Assembly (NCBI GenBank): GCA_951406725.2
Contig: OX597817.1
Span: 150,660,001-150,724,000, forward strand
Source: Octopus vulgaris
Lineage: Eukaryota
Reading direction: 5' to 3'
Length of the DNA: 64,000 nucleotides
The number at the start of each line of letters is the position of its first letter. Position 1 is the first letter of the stretch. A model generated the notes under the pieces. That model saw nothing but the letters and a program-made list of their open reading frames with translations, searched no databases and was not told where the DNA came from. The position numbers and the translations under genes are program-made. Shown piece after piece: positions 1-11,956 of the stretch.

Positions 1-216
1 TTACCGTATTTATTTTGAGATGCTCTGTTTTTCTTTCAATTACTTTAAATACAACAAAAAATTTGGTAAAATAATTTAGTTATCTTTCATTTAGTGTTAG
101 GAACATAAATTGTGACTAAGGTTTGGTGGAAGATTTTAATTCAAAATTTATGAAAACAAGACATTTGTACTCAGAACCAGAGCCGGTTTCAGCCGGATTG
201 GTAACAAAAGGGTTAA
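1..216. mobile_element. Right part of a piggyBac-like MITE
   Basis: Ends ...ggtaacaaaagggttaa (GGG plus TTAA). A related degenerate copy spans about 6250-6840. Confidence 0.5.
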
Positions 217-463
217 ATGAATTACAAAATTATTGCAGAACATTTGTTTTGATGTTCTCCTGATTTTGACCCTAGTAATAATAGTTTAAAATTTTGACAC
301 AAGGCCAGCTAGTTCAAAGGAGGGGACAAGTCAATTACATTGACCCTAGTGCTCAACAGGTACACATTTTATTGATCCTTGAAAGGGTGAAAGACAAAAT
401 GCTTAGCAACATTTTGTCAGGTGCAGTAATGATTCTGTTAGCCTGCTGCTTATTTGATCTTAA

Positions 464-832
464 TAACAAGAACAGTCAAAGAGCACAAACCTCTGCACAG
501 GCAACACCACTGTCCTCTCAACGATTAGCTGGAGATAATTTTTAAAATGGGAATATCTGAAATAAACTCTACTGCTCACACAAAGGAGAATACTAAAAAT
601 GAACCTGACCACTTTCGAAAATTAAGTAAAAACACTGGTAAAATAATCCAAAATCCTTGTCTGGTACAGGATCGATCCCAAAATCTAATCAGTTCGTGCC
701 AGTCATGAGGCCAAAATTCCCTGAAAGTTTCATCCAAATCCGTCCAGTGATTCTAGAGATATCTTGTCCACAGACAAATAAACAAACACAACTGAAAACA
801 ATACTTCCACCTTTACTAAGGCAGACATAATA
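464..832. mobile_element. DINE-1/HINE-like non-autonomous Helentron
   Basis: Starts aacaag, has an internal acctctgc motif and an acagacaaa run, and ends in a degenerate hairpin (acttccacctt...aaggcagacataataat). Confidence 0.5.
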
Positions 833-1420
833 ATAAAGACAAAATTTGAATTAAGATTTCATCCTCATTGTTTTAACATCCACTTTTTCATGCTTGCATG
901 GGTCAGATGGAATTTATTGAGGTAGGTCTTCTATGGCTGGATGCCTTTTATATCACCAACCCTCACCTGCCTCAAATTAAGGTAATATCTCTCCATGACC
1001 AGACAGGCTTTCGTGGAAGATTGAAACAAAGGACACTACTTGCATGATGTTGATAGTAGTTTACTATCATGCAATGTCAAAGCAAGGAAACAATAACACA
1101 AGCATGCATGCATGCACACACACATGACAGGTCTTAGTTTCCAGCTACCAAATCCATTCAAAAGGATTTGGTTGGCCAGGGGCTATAGAAGACATTTACC
1201 CCAGTTGCCATTCAGTTTAACTGAACCCAAAATCACGTGGTTGGGAAACCAACTTCTTACTACATGGCTATTACTGCACCTTGTTTTAAATCTCATTATT
1301 TAATAGATGAAGAAAATGTATATTTTCATGCTTAACTAATTATATTAGATTAAATATTTTATTCTAGGATAAATGCAAATAAATGTTTTAGTTTAAGATT
1401 AACAAACTTGTAACATTTTC

Positions 1421-1777
1421 GATGCCAGTGCCCCCTGCCTGGCTCCTGTGCCAGTGGCACATAAAAAGTACCATCCAAATGTGGCCGATGCCAGTGCCCC
1501 CTGACTGGCTTCTATGCCGGTGGCACATATAAAGCACTATCCAAACGTAATTGATGCTGGGCTTGCCTGACTGGCACCTGTGCTGGTGGCACGTAAAAAG
1601 CACCCACTGCACTCTCGGAGTGGTTGGCGTTAAGAAGGGCATCTAGCTGTAGAAACATTGCCAGATCAGATTGGAGCCTGGTGCAGCTGCTGGCTCTCCA
1701 GACCCTCAGTCAAACCATCCAACCCATGCCAGCACGGAAAACGGACGTTAAATGATGATGATGATGATGATGGTGAT
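1421..1777 (+). mobile_element. 3' end of an RTE-type LINE (GAT-tailed repeat) with internal ~55-60 bp tandem units
   Basis: Ends ...aacccatgccagcacggaaaacggacgttaaat followed by (GAT)n. The same tail is joined to an RTE ORF remnant at 45960-46560. Confidence 0.7.
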
Positions 1778-2204
1778 GAAACACTTGAAAAGTTGGTCTA
1801 GTGGGTCAAAGAACCGGAAACAGAACTTGTTAGTTTAAAAAAAAAGTTTAATTTTAGGGCAAAAACAACCAGATTAGCTTTTTTCTAGGAAATGGGATAG
1901 GTCTTTATGAATGCAAAATTATTCCATTTGGGGATTGATGAGGCAACTTCTCATTAGGAATTTCTCTTTCTTTAAATCCGTTTATTTAGATAAACAAGTT
2001 TTGTTCTTGTTGGTAATCTTGTTTAGTCCCAAGTTAGCTCTGAGTGGTCACAGACATTCCATCCATAACTATCCCATCCTTCTAACAGGCATTGCATACT
2101 TATGACTCCAGCATCTAACGTGTACCATCTTTTTCAAGATGGTTTAGCGAATTTTAAAAATAAAGTTTTGACTATTTCAAGCAGGGTGACTAACCATATA
2201 GATG

Positions 2205-2360
2205 GGGAGAGTTTACGAAAAAAACAAACAGATGTATTAGTATAACACTCAGGAATAGAAAAAGTATTTTACGTTTTGAGCCTATGCTCTTCTACAGAAA
2301 GGGACACAAAAAAACAAGGAGAGAAAAAAATGAGTGTAGTGGTTAACGATCTATCATGTC
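2205..2360 (-). mobile_element. Short Penelope-like retro-insertion with hammerhead-like motif
   Basis: Perfect 17 bp flanking duplication gactaaccatatagatg (2188-2204, 2361-2377). Minus strand reads CUGUAGA-A-GAGC-AUAG-GCUC-AAAA-CGUA. Confidence 0.6.
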
Positions 2361-2578
2361 GACTAACCATATAGATGCTAGGGAAGTAGCTATTGAGAAA
2401 TTTTATTTTCTTGACTGGGGATACTATTAGAAATTTTGAGGTTCATATTTTATTGAATTAGGTATTTTAAAACCCCACTCAGTTTTCTTACCCATTTGAA
2501 AAGAAATAATTCCAATGATAGAAATTAGGAGCCATTATATAGATTGTTTGATTTTTACTAAATAAACAATGTAACTCA

Positions 2579-3293
2579 ATTTTGTTGTATCTTGGGAGGG
2601 TCATTATGCCAATAATAAACACATGCACTGATTCTTTTTCAGTTGTTTTTAATCAATATTAGTCCATTTGTTAACATTTATCCAATTAATCAATCAATTA
2701 TTTAATTGTTCAGTCTGTTAGGTTTGTCAAAATACTTTCACCATTCACAACCATACCAAGGACACGTCCTCTTTACTCTATGTCTGCCAGAGGGCATGTC
2801 ATCGATGAGGTTGCAAATGGAGACAAAAGGACTTTGACAAGCCTGATTGATTGATTGACTGACTGATTAATCAATTAATAAATTAGTTAATTGGTTAATT
2901 AGAATTGACTAATATGCACAGGCTGTGATAAGAAACCTACTTCCCAATCACATGGTTCCAGGTTCACTCCCACTGTGTGGCACCTTAGACAAGTGTCTTG
3001 GGCCAACCAAAGCCACGTGAGTGGATTTGGTAGATGGAAACTGAAAGAAACCCATTGCACATATATGTGTGTGTTTTTGTGTCTGCATTTATGGCCCTGT
3101 AACTTAACTATTCAGCAAAAGAGACTAATAGAATAAATACTAGGCTTTAAATTCTTCAAGGTGATGCTTCAGCATGGTCACTGTCTAATGACTGCAACAA
3201 GTAAAAAATAATAGATAATAGAACAGGAAGTGAAATAGAACCAGTGTGTGTGTTTCTTATTGGCATAATGACCCTCCCGAGATACAACAAAAT
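2579..3293. mobile_element. Fold-back element with ~55 bp terminal inverted repeats, interrupted by a SINE
   Basis: attttgttgtatcttgggagggtcattatgccaataa (from 2579) is inverted at about 3238-3293. Inner arms are also loosely inverted around 2780. Confidence 0.65.
2915..3210 (+). mobile_element. tRNA-type SINE family A (degenerate)
   Basis: Matches the family A copies at 33047-33408 and 36656-37052, with CpG decay. Confidence 0.75.
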
Positions 3294-3535
3294 GTTTCAA
3301 CACACAGGTTTACTTCAAAACTCTTGCAAACGAAATACAAAAATGAAGTAATCCAACTATTTTGAGACATACCCAACTTAAATTTAAAATCAGAAAGAAA
3401 GTGTGCCATTCATTTTATTTCATGCACTGAATTGTAGTATCTTGCTAACAATAAATTAATATTTTATCCAGTGCAAACATACTTGTTGACATGAAAAATC
3501 ATATTTGCGTTAGCATATCATGTAACTAAAGTAAT

Positions 3536-3643
3536 CTAATTTGTAATTAGTTCTATGCTGAATACGTTGTCATTAGCTCCGTTGCATCTCTGGATCTTTG
3601 GATTCTCTTGTAGATTGCCTTCAAGGCTTTCCTTCACTTGTAA
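3536..3643 (-). other. Candidate terminal exon of a minus-strand transcript
   Basis: Strong acceptor tctttgttttttcctttacaaaccctAG. Phase 0 reads LQVKESLEGNLQENPKIQRCNGANDNVFSIELITN*; phase 1 reads VTSEGKP*. Confidence 0.3.
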
Positions 3644-3771
3644 CTAGGGTTTGTAAAGGAAAAAACAAAGATTTTTAATGCCACAATATTTAGACATTGC
3701 TAGTGAAAAGTATCAGCTATCTTAACTGTTATATGTTAGAAAGGGAGAACTTGGGTCACTCATCCTACTAG

Positions 3772-4083
3772 TGGAGGCACATGGCCTAGTGGTTAGAGCA
3801 GCGGACTCGCAGTCAAGGGATCGCAGGTTCGAATCTCAGATCAGGTGATGTGTGTATTTATGAGTGAAACACCTAAGCTCCATGTGGCTCCGGCAGAAGG
3901 TTATTGCAAACTTCTGTTGACTCTTTCGCCACAACTTTCTCTCACTCTTTCCTCCTGCATCTTGCAGCTCACCTGTGATGGACTGGTGTCCCGTCCAGGT
4001 GGGGAACCTATATGTCAAGGAAACTGGGGAAACTAGCCCTTATGAGCCAGGCATGGCTTGAGAAGGAACAAACATATCTAACA
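3772..4083 (+). mobile_element. tRNA-type SINE family C
   Basis: A/B-box-like head (tggcctagtggttagagc...ggttcgaatc) and 14 bp TSD actcatcctactag (3758-3771, 4084-4097). Sister copy at 43953-44243. Confidence 0.85.
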
Positions 4084-4584
4084 ACTCATCCTACTAGAAA
4101 TAGTAACTCGTGGGTATCATCTTAAACAAAGAAGGACACGTTGCATAATGTAATCATGTATACATTATGTCTCAAAATAAGATGGATTGTCATGACTGGA
4201 ATGCTGTTGATAAATCAGCTTGATCAGAGCAGGGATTAAACAACTATAACGACTTATGTAAATAAAAAAATAGCAATGTCATTTGTCCACCACAAAAGCA
4301 TGTTTGAGTTTCTTGACTTGTATCAGCATGTTACACATTTTTTGCAAACATAAGGCTCATTCACCAGTGTCATTTGTTTCCAGTTCTTCACGTAAACATG
4401 AGTGGGCTGTTTTTTGTTTGATATCCTGGGACATTATTATTTCATTTGGAAACATGTGGGAGTAGGCAGTGCTATAACATACACTCATCTGAGCCATGCT
4501 AGCATGAAAAAGTAGACATTAAAACAATGATAATGATGATACTAACTAGGATGGTAATAAGTCTAGTTGGAAGATATTAAGCGA

Positions 4585-4983
4585 CTATAATCTTTCGATC
4601 ACCTCTGTCTATGCCGCATCCTTCATGTCCGATGGCATCACTTTGTCTCCAACAGTTCAGTGCGACACCAGTGCAAAATCACCTCCCTCCGACAAGTCAT
4701 CCTAACAAGACGTCTGCATTGGTTGGGTCATGCCCTCCGTCGTCAACCAGGAGAATTCGTCTATGAAGCTCCCCCTCAGGGTTGGCGAATGCGATGTGGT
4801 GGACAACGAAAAACCTGGCTAATGACAGTCAAGGCTGATCTGGAATCCAGGAGTGGTTGGAGATCACGTGGTCGTTAGCTTCAAATCGCCAGGACTGGTC
4901 GGCGTTTGTGAGAGATGCAGCATTGAGGATGAATGAAGCCAGCTCAACCCACCCTGGGTGAATGCTGTCTCAAGACAAGACAA
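4585..4983 (+). mobile_element. RTE-clade LINE 3' fragment
   Basis: Translation RRLHWLGHALRR...GGQRKTWLMTVKADL matches RTE ORF C-termini; short caaga repeat tail. Confidence 0.8.
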
Positions 4984-5091
4984 AAAGATTAGTTTATTGT
5001 AGTCAAATGCAAAACAACTGATTAATTAATAAGACTGAATCAGCAAAGAAAAATATTAATAGGATTCATCCCTTTCTTTATTCAGATAAGG

Positions 5092-5412
5092 TGAAAGCAT
5101 GTGGCTCAATGGTTAGGGTATATGACTGACAATCATGAGGTTGTGAGGTCGATTCCTTGTGGTGTGTTGTAACCTTGAGCAAGATATTTTATTTCTTGTT
5201 GCTCCAGTCCACTCAGCTGGCAAAAATGAGTAGTACCTGTATTTCAAGGGGCCAGCCTTGTCTATTCTGTGTCATGCTGAATCTCCCTGAGAACTATGTT
5301 AAGGGCATGTATGTCTGTGGAGTGCCCAGCCACTTGCACATTAATTCATGAGCAGGCTGTTCCATCAATTGGATCAACTGGAATGCTTGTTGTTGTAATT
5401 GACAAAGTGCCA
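5092..5412 (+). mobile_element. tRNA-type SINE family B
   Basis: Head gtggctcaatggttaggg...gtcgattcc and core gttgctccagtccactcagctggcaaaaatgag, shared with the copies near 37760, 42275 and 54540. Confidence 0.8.
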
Positions 5413-5526
5413 GTTATTCAGATGATTATTAATTCAAAGTTGTTTTTTTTTTTGTTTATTTGGTTCTGAAAGGACCTATCAGTTACCATAAATGATAACT
5501 TCTAGAATGTGAGAAAACAAACAAAC

Positions 5527-5713
5527 CTTGAATTGAACATCTGTTCAATATTTTTGTATCCGTATTTTGAAATAGATAATAAAGTTTATCATCGAATGTA
5601 AACATAAACATGTTGCTCAAACAAACAACTGATGTGTGATTTCTGCAAAATTTGTTTTGAATGCAAAGCTTTTGGTTATGCTCAGAATCAATTAAAGAAC
5701 AACCTGATGATAT
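5527..5713 (-). other. Candidate internal exon, minus strand
   Basis: ttttgtttAG acceptor, 62 open codons plus 1 nt (ISSGCSLIDSEHNQKLCIQNK...ILNRCSIQ), AAG|GTttgt donor. No homolog recognised. Confidence 0.3.
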
Positions 5714-5794
5714 CTAAACAAAATACTTTGCATTAACTTTTCGGATACCTATGTACTTAAGACTGCCCCTGGTTCTGTTACAGTCTTCTTGTTT

Positions 5795-6249
5795 TAGCCC
5801 TTTAGCATTCAGATTATTCTGTTAAATGTTAGACTTTTTGCATTCAAGTTGTCTTTAATTAATTATTTCTTGATTGCCCACAAGGGGCTAAAGGACAAAC
5901 AAGGACAGACAAAGGGATTAAGTCGATTACATCGACCCCAGTGCGCAACTGGTACTTATTTAATCGACCCCGAAAGGATGAAAAGCAAAGTCAACCTTGG
6001 TGGAATTTGAACTCAGAACATAGCAGCAGACGAAATACTGCTAAGCATTTCACCCAGCGTGCTAACGATTCTGCCAGCTTGCCACCTTTAATTAATTGTA
6101 CATTATTTTGTAGCTTTGAAATTTTGATAATATGATTATTTTATAATGGCATTGAAGAGTAGGTGTGATACACTAGATCTGGCTGTTTAGAACATAAAGC
6201 AGGTAGCAATTTGGGCTGGATATGGCTGGTTTAAATGCTAAAGGTTTAA
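5795..6249. mobile_element. piggyBac-like MITE with nested SINE family D (about 5866-6088, minus)
   Basis: Termini ccctttagcatt...aatgctaaagg, the same as at 38829-39474 and 56237-56420. Confidence 0.7.
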
Positions 6250-6291
6250 GTTATCTAAATTAAAATCTTCCAACAAAATATATAAATTTGT

Positions 6292-6718
6292 AGGAGAGTA
6301 TTGTAGTTTGCTTGAAGCATTGTGTATTGTTTGTAAAAAATAAAAAGTTTTGAATGGTACAACAATGCACTATAATACAAAAAATGGACTATATCCCTAT
6401 AGTAATTTAGTTATCCATAGTCCAATGATATTTCGGAATACAATTCCTTCTTCAGATATTCTTAGATGGAGTCGCTGCTATAATCGGTTTTCCAATGGCT
6501 TTCTTTTTTCGGAAGCATCTCAGCAGTGGTCTCATGAAGCTCCTTCCGGAGTTCCTCATGAGAAGTGCATGAGGTCATAGACATAGCCGACCTCATGCAC
6601 CTGAAGAAGGAATTGCATTCTGAAATATCATCGGACTATGGATAACTAAATTACAACAGGTATATAGTCCATTTTTTATATTATAGTGCATTGTTGTACC
6701 ATTCAAAACTTTTTATTC
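6292..6718. mobile_element. Penelope-like fold-back insertion with two inverted hammerhead-like cores
   Basis: 13 bp TSD tatataaatttgt (6279-6291, 6719-6731). Inverted arms of about 117 bp (6339-6455, 6601-6717), each containing CUGAAGA-A-stem-GAAA-UAUC. Confidence 0.7.
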
Positions 6719-8054
6719 TATATAAATTTGTGTTCTAAACACCAGCTTGATAATGAATTACTTTACTAAATGCTTCATTTGTTTCAAAATTAATTAAAAC
6801 AAAGGCAATGCATTTCAACAAATATGGTAACAAAAAGGTTCTTCTTTATCCAACTGAACCTGTTTACTTACAGAGGATAGAAAATTCAATCATATCTTGC
6901 TTGCAGTTTCCTATTTTGTTGAAATGTATGGTCTTGCATACGAATGCATTTTATTCTACATGTGAATATGAGTAATTTATTTATAACAAAATAAAGAAAA
7001 CGTGACTGTACATGCAATCCATTTCATGCTTAGCTTATTTATTCCTGTTTTGTGTTAGATGAAGTATGTTAAGCTGAACTTTGTGGCATATATAAAAGTT
7101 ATGTAGCTTGATTTTTTTCTTTTTATTTTGTTATATCTTCTTCTTAGATATCTTATAGTCACGCATTTGTATTATAATTGTGTGTTTGTATACAATGGCT
7201 GAAATTTAGTTAATTCTTATGAAAATTGTGTTAGAAAAGCCCAGTGACATCAGAATATTATGCAAAAAGGTAGAGACAGAAGAGAGGTGTAGCTGTGTAC
7301 AGAAATTGACAGGGAATTAAAACTGGGTGTACCAGATGTGTTGGCACGGCTAGTAACACACACAAAAACTGGTACACATGTCTAAAACTAGTACACTGCT
7401 ATCTCTGTGACATGATTTGCTGCACTGAATGAAGATAGACTTGAAGATAGCAGAGTAGTTAGAATTAGTGAAGATAGCTGCTTCTAGAACTATTGTTTGT
7501 GAAATTTTTCAACTCATGTAAAGAGTGAATTATACAAGGCAAGTGTCACACATATGTAATACTGTATGAAATGTTTGAGATGAGTTCTTGTTGGTATGAT
7601 TCTAATTTTTCATATGTTAACCTCATCTCGAGAGATAAAACATTTCTTTTTAAATATTTACATCTGCACCTATATTTTCAAGAACCTGTATTTTCCTGAT
7701 GTGAATTGTGTTAGTCTTTTTCAATGTTGCCCTATCAGACTGTGGTGGTGGATTAGGATTTGCAGTGAAAGACATAGATTAATTGTTGACAGTAGAAAGG
7801 AGAGGTCAGTTGTTGTGGGGAGTGAGAATCTTGCCCTGAATCTGTTAGGAAGAAAGAGAAAGACTTTTGTAGGCAGGTAAATGATAACATTAAATTGAAG
7901 AAGTAGTGTGGAGAATGAGGTGGGAAACCAGAGAGAAGGAGAGAGTGCGAGAGAGAGACAGACAGACAGATTGTGTGTGCAAAGGAGTCAGAAGCATGTG
8001 ATAAATGAAGATAGAGAAAACTGGTAATGACTGCTCTGGAGCAGACATATAATC

Positions 8055-8375
8055 ATTATCATCATTGTCATTTAATGTCCGTTTTCCATGCTAGCATGGG
8101 TTGGATGGTTTGACTGGGATCTGGGAAGCCAGAAGGCTGCTCCAGACTCAAGTCTGATCTGGCAGTGTTTCTACAGCTGGATGCCCTTCCTAATGCCAAC
8201 CACTCCGTAAGTGTAGTGGGTGATTTTTACGTGCCAACAGCACAGGGGCCAGAGGAGGCTGGCAACGGCCATGATCGGTTGGTGCTTTTTACGTGCCACC
8301 AGCACGGAAGCCAGTCAAAGTGGTGCTGGCATTGGCCACATTTGGATGGTACTTTTCATGTGCCTCCAACACAGG
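8055..8375 (-). mobile_element. RTE-type LINE 3' end (GAT-tailed repeat)
   Basis: Reverse complement of the 1421-1777 family. Confidence 0.75.
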
Positions 8376-8849
8376 TATCACAGCTACAATTTCCATTTGA
8401 TTTTTATTTTGATGTTGATGTAATGTGAATGAATAATGCATTTTCATCATCATCTACCATTTTTTATGCCTTAATGAAATTTTTTTTAAACTGTTGGTTA
8501 GAAACAACTCTGTTGTCTTATTACTTGTTGCAATCAGTGTCTCTTCCAGAATATACTGCAACCAGTCAACATTTTTGTTATGTATGTCTTACAGTGTTGA
8601 CTGGGTGCATTTTATTGAACCACTGGTTCTAGAGAGGTTATTCCATGCAAATGGACTAAATAAAAAGTACTCTTGGTCTGGTATCAGTTCTTATTTGGTG
8701 TTACTGCTGTCTCAGATGAGTAGTGAAGAAAGAATGTGGCTTACAAAGTATATGTCAACCTCTTATACATTCCATTCTTATGGTACAGTTTCCTATCAAT
8801 AAGAACTCATAAACCAGACCGTGTGGCTCTATCTTCCTATCAGTAACTA

Positions 8850-9705
8850 CTATATACACTCAAATAATAGTCGATTTCATGTAAAAGTCGACCCCCTATT
8901 TTGGGGCGAAAAATTGGGTATTTTCCATAGACCCTGTATAAAAGTCGACCCTAGTATTTCATGAACAATAGGACAACATTTGTGGGTCAAGGTACTGTTT
9001 TATCCTGTACGTAGAAATACACTGTTACAAAATTGTGTGGCTACCTTACAGCTACAAAGAAGAAAACGTTTTCAGCGAAGACTGTTGGTGGTGGAAAGTG
9101 TTGTTGTGCTTCTACTTATTTTATCAATTTTGGCATTTAAAAAATTAAGTTGCATTTAATTAATTAGAAATAGAAATACACCACTAATATCCTGTACCAC
9201 AATACACTTGTGATGAGTGTGACTTTAACCACAAATATGAAAACAGTGTAATATCCTTGAAGAGTTATAATGTGAAACAATCTGAGTCGGTATCAGCTGT
9301 ATGCTGCGTATTACGGTATGTAGTGGCATGCTGGTAACAGGTATATATGTTACCAGTGGTAATATAACATAATTATGAGATATAAATTGATTTCACTTAG
9401 CTAGTCTGTTAAGTTTGATGGGAACACATAAAAGAGACAGAATAAATATTTATAAGAGCTACACAGTCTGGTTTATGAGTCCTGTTATTTACTAGGACAT
9501 TTTTTTTTATGCATAGAATTGGTAATATTACTGTAATTCATTGTGTTTTTGTTTTTATTTGTTTAGAGATTAGTTGGGCTTCTGCTGCTGATACAGTACT
9601 TCGGATTCTAATTTGGATGTTCATCCCCTCAGAAGTAGTACCCATGTAATAGTCAATCCTATAAAAATGGTCTAAAAAATTCGACTTTTTCATGAGTATA
9701 TACAG
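8850..9705. mobile_element. Tc2/pogo-like non-autonomous DNA transposon
   Basis: Decayed TIRs (ta|ctatatacactc...agtcga and tcgact...gagtatatacag|ta) with TA on both flanks; repeated aaaagtcgaccc subterminal motif. Confidence 0.6.
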
Positions 9706-11956
9706 TACTTTAAGAAATTGTACTATATAGGAGAACTAAAGAATTCCCTCTGCCATGTATCAGTTCTTATTCCGCATTATTGCCTACATTGAAGCTTGTG
9801 ACTCTTCCAGTCATTACTTACAGCTGCATACACTTATTCGACAACACTGTTATTCTGGCTAAGGCAATGAGGATAAAGCATGCCCCATTAATGAGATAAA
9901 ATAGGCTTCTGAAACTCCATTATGTAAGTAGGGGAGAAAGCTTAGCTGCTGAATGAGCTTATGCTGTACTGTTGGCAACTAGATGTGATTCCCAATTGCC
10001 ATATTCTATATACTAGGGCAATGCATTATTTTTTCCCAAGAAATAAAGGGAAAGTGATTAAAAACAAACACGGATAAGGTCTACAGAAACTGAAATACTG
10101 GTAGGTGGATAATCTTGCAGATAACTGCAATCTGTTACTGAAGATGGAGAGAGAAGGAGACTCTTGTCGGCACCCTATACTCCACATGGAGTCAAAGGAA
10201 GACAGTGTCATAGCTGCTCACTTTTGCATGATAATCCAGAATTGCTGAGAGCATTGGGTTTCACAGATAGGATGATGGAGAAAGGCTATATTTCTTATTT
10301 CTTTATTGCCCACAAGGGGGCTAAACACAGAGGGGACAAACAAGGACAGACAAAGGGATTTAGTCAATTATATCGACCCCAGTGCGATTTAGTCAATTAT
10401 ATCGACTGGTACTCATTTAATCGACCCCGGAAAGATGAAAGGAGAGGCTATATTCCTGACATAGCCAACACATTCTAACAGAGTGGGTGATTGAATTTAT
10501 TATGATATTCTTCTTGATTATTATTTCATTGATTCTTTAATGATGAAAAGTTTGCCAAACTACAAAACTGGATACCAAGAATAGTTAGTTTAGTTCTCTA
10601 TCCTTTCAGTCATCAGAATTTGCTTTACAATAAAAATTGGGGGGGGGGGGCACAAGGTGAATTTTCTCAAGTGCATATGTTGGTGGAATGTGGTAACCAT
10701 TTACTTCGATTCCAGCACTACCCTCATTTATCACAGGGGTTTGGTTCCAAAAATTCACTATAAGTCAATCAGTGATAAATGAACTATCTCCATGCACTTT
10801 TGTAAATGGAATGAATGGTAGATTCATTGACACCAAACTTTGTAGTCCACAGAAATGAAACTTTCGCCACCATGCATTTTCTTGATCATCTTTTCTCTCT
10901 TTCTCTCTCTCTCTTTTTTTTTTTTTTGTTGAGAATATACCCATCTGCATTGTTTGTTAAGACCAGGCACCTTTGTATTTTTTCTATTCACTGGTCCCAT
11001 GTTAATGGATACATAAATCTGTATAAAAAGTACACAACCTTGCAGCATGGTCATGTGCCGTTCAAGAATTTGGACCTGGAGATCTCCATTTCCAGCGACT
11101 TCGAGGGCCACCTCCCAGTAGTGTCGGGTCTCAACAAAGAGCTCTCGACTACAAGATGACCAAAGTTTTCTTTTTTTTCCAAGGTCTGGGATCTCCTGCC
11201 CCTAAGCCCTAGACCATCACCTAATCACCCTTACCCGTCTTGTTGCTTAACAACAACAACAGCAGCATGGTCATGTAGACATACACAATAACCAGTGAAT
11301 TCTGGGTGGTTGAGAATTGTAGGTAGCCACTGAGGCATGTTTTTGTGGTACAAGCAGAATCTGTGTTTGCTAACTTGTGTTATCATTCTGTGATAAGCAT
11401 AACATGGTTCACAACCGAGCATCCTGAATCAGTGATAAATGAGGCTACTTAGTTTGTCGACTTTTAAGATGTTTACACTCAGAAAGGGCAGTGATAAGGG
11501 TAACAAACTACTCTTAGCATGAAATCCACCATCTCACCTGTCACTTTTAATTAATTCAGGGCCAATATTTGTAGGGAAGATAATAGCTGATTGAATTAAG
11601 ATCAATAAGTCAGGGACACTGGTTACATCAATCATGCACATATACACAGGTTCGATATGTGGAAGATTTGGCTGCTATTTCTAGCTGGACACGTGATCGT
11701 ATAATGGCACATTCGTAGACTCATTCATATTATTGTTTGCACTGGAAGAAGGTTGAGTTATTTGAAGGTGAAATATACTGTCACTTGGCCTGTGAGAAAT
11801 AGCTACTAAATCACACCGTTTTATTAAAAAAAAACATGAATCATACATTGTATAATATAGACTTAGATAACAGAACGTCTGGACTGCATTTCATTATGAA
11901 TCACCTTGATTCAAGGTTGCACTGAATATAAATATATATATGTGTGTGTGTGTATT

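Noticed and set aside
2795-2835. Fifth hammerhead-like motif (tcgatga-ggttgc...gagac-aaaa)
   Set aside because: Core and stem II are degenerate, and there is no stem III or NUH triplet.
3772-3845. tRNA gene
   Set aside because: It is a SINE head, continuing into a repeat body flanked by a TSD. The same applies to the other SINE heads.
8494-8802. 102 aa ORF with a hydrophobic N-terminus
   Set aside because: Non-ATG start, no recognisable homology and no convincing splice context.
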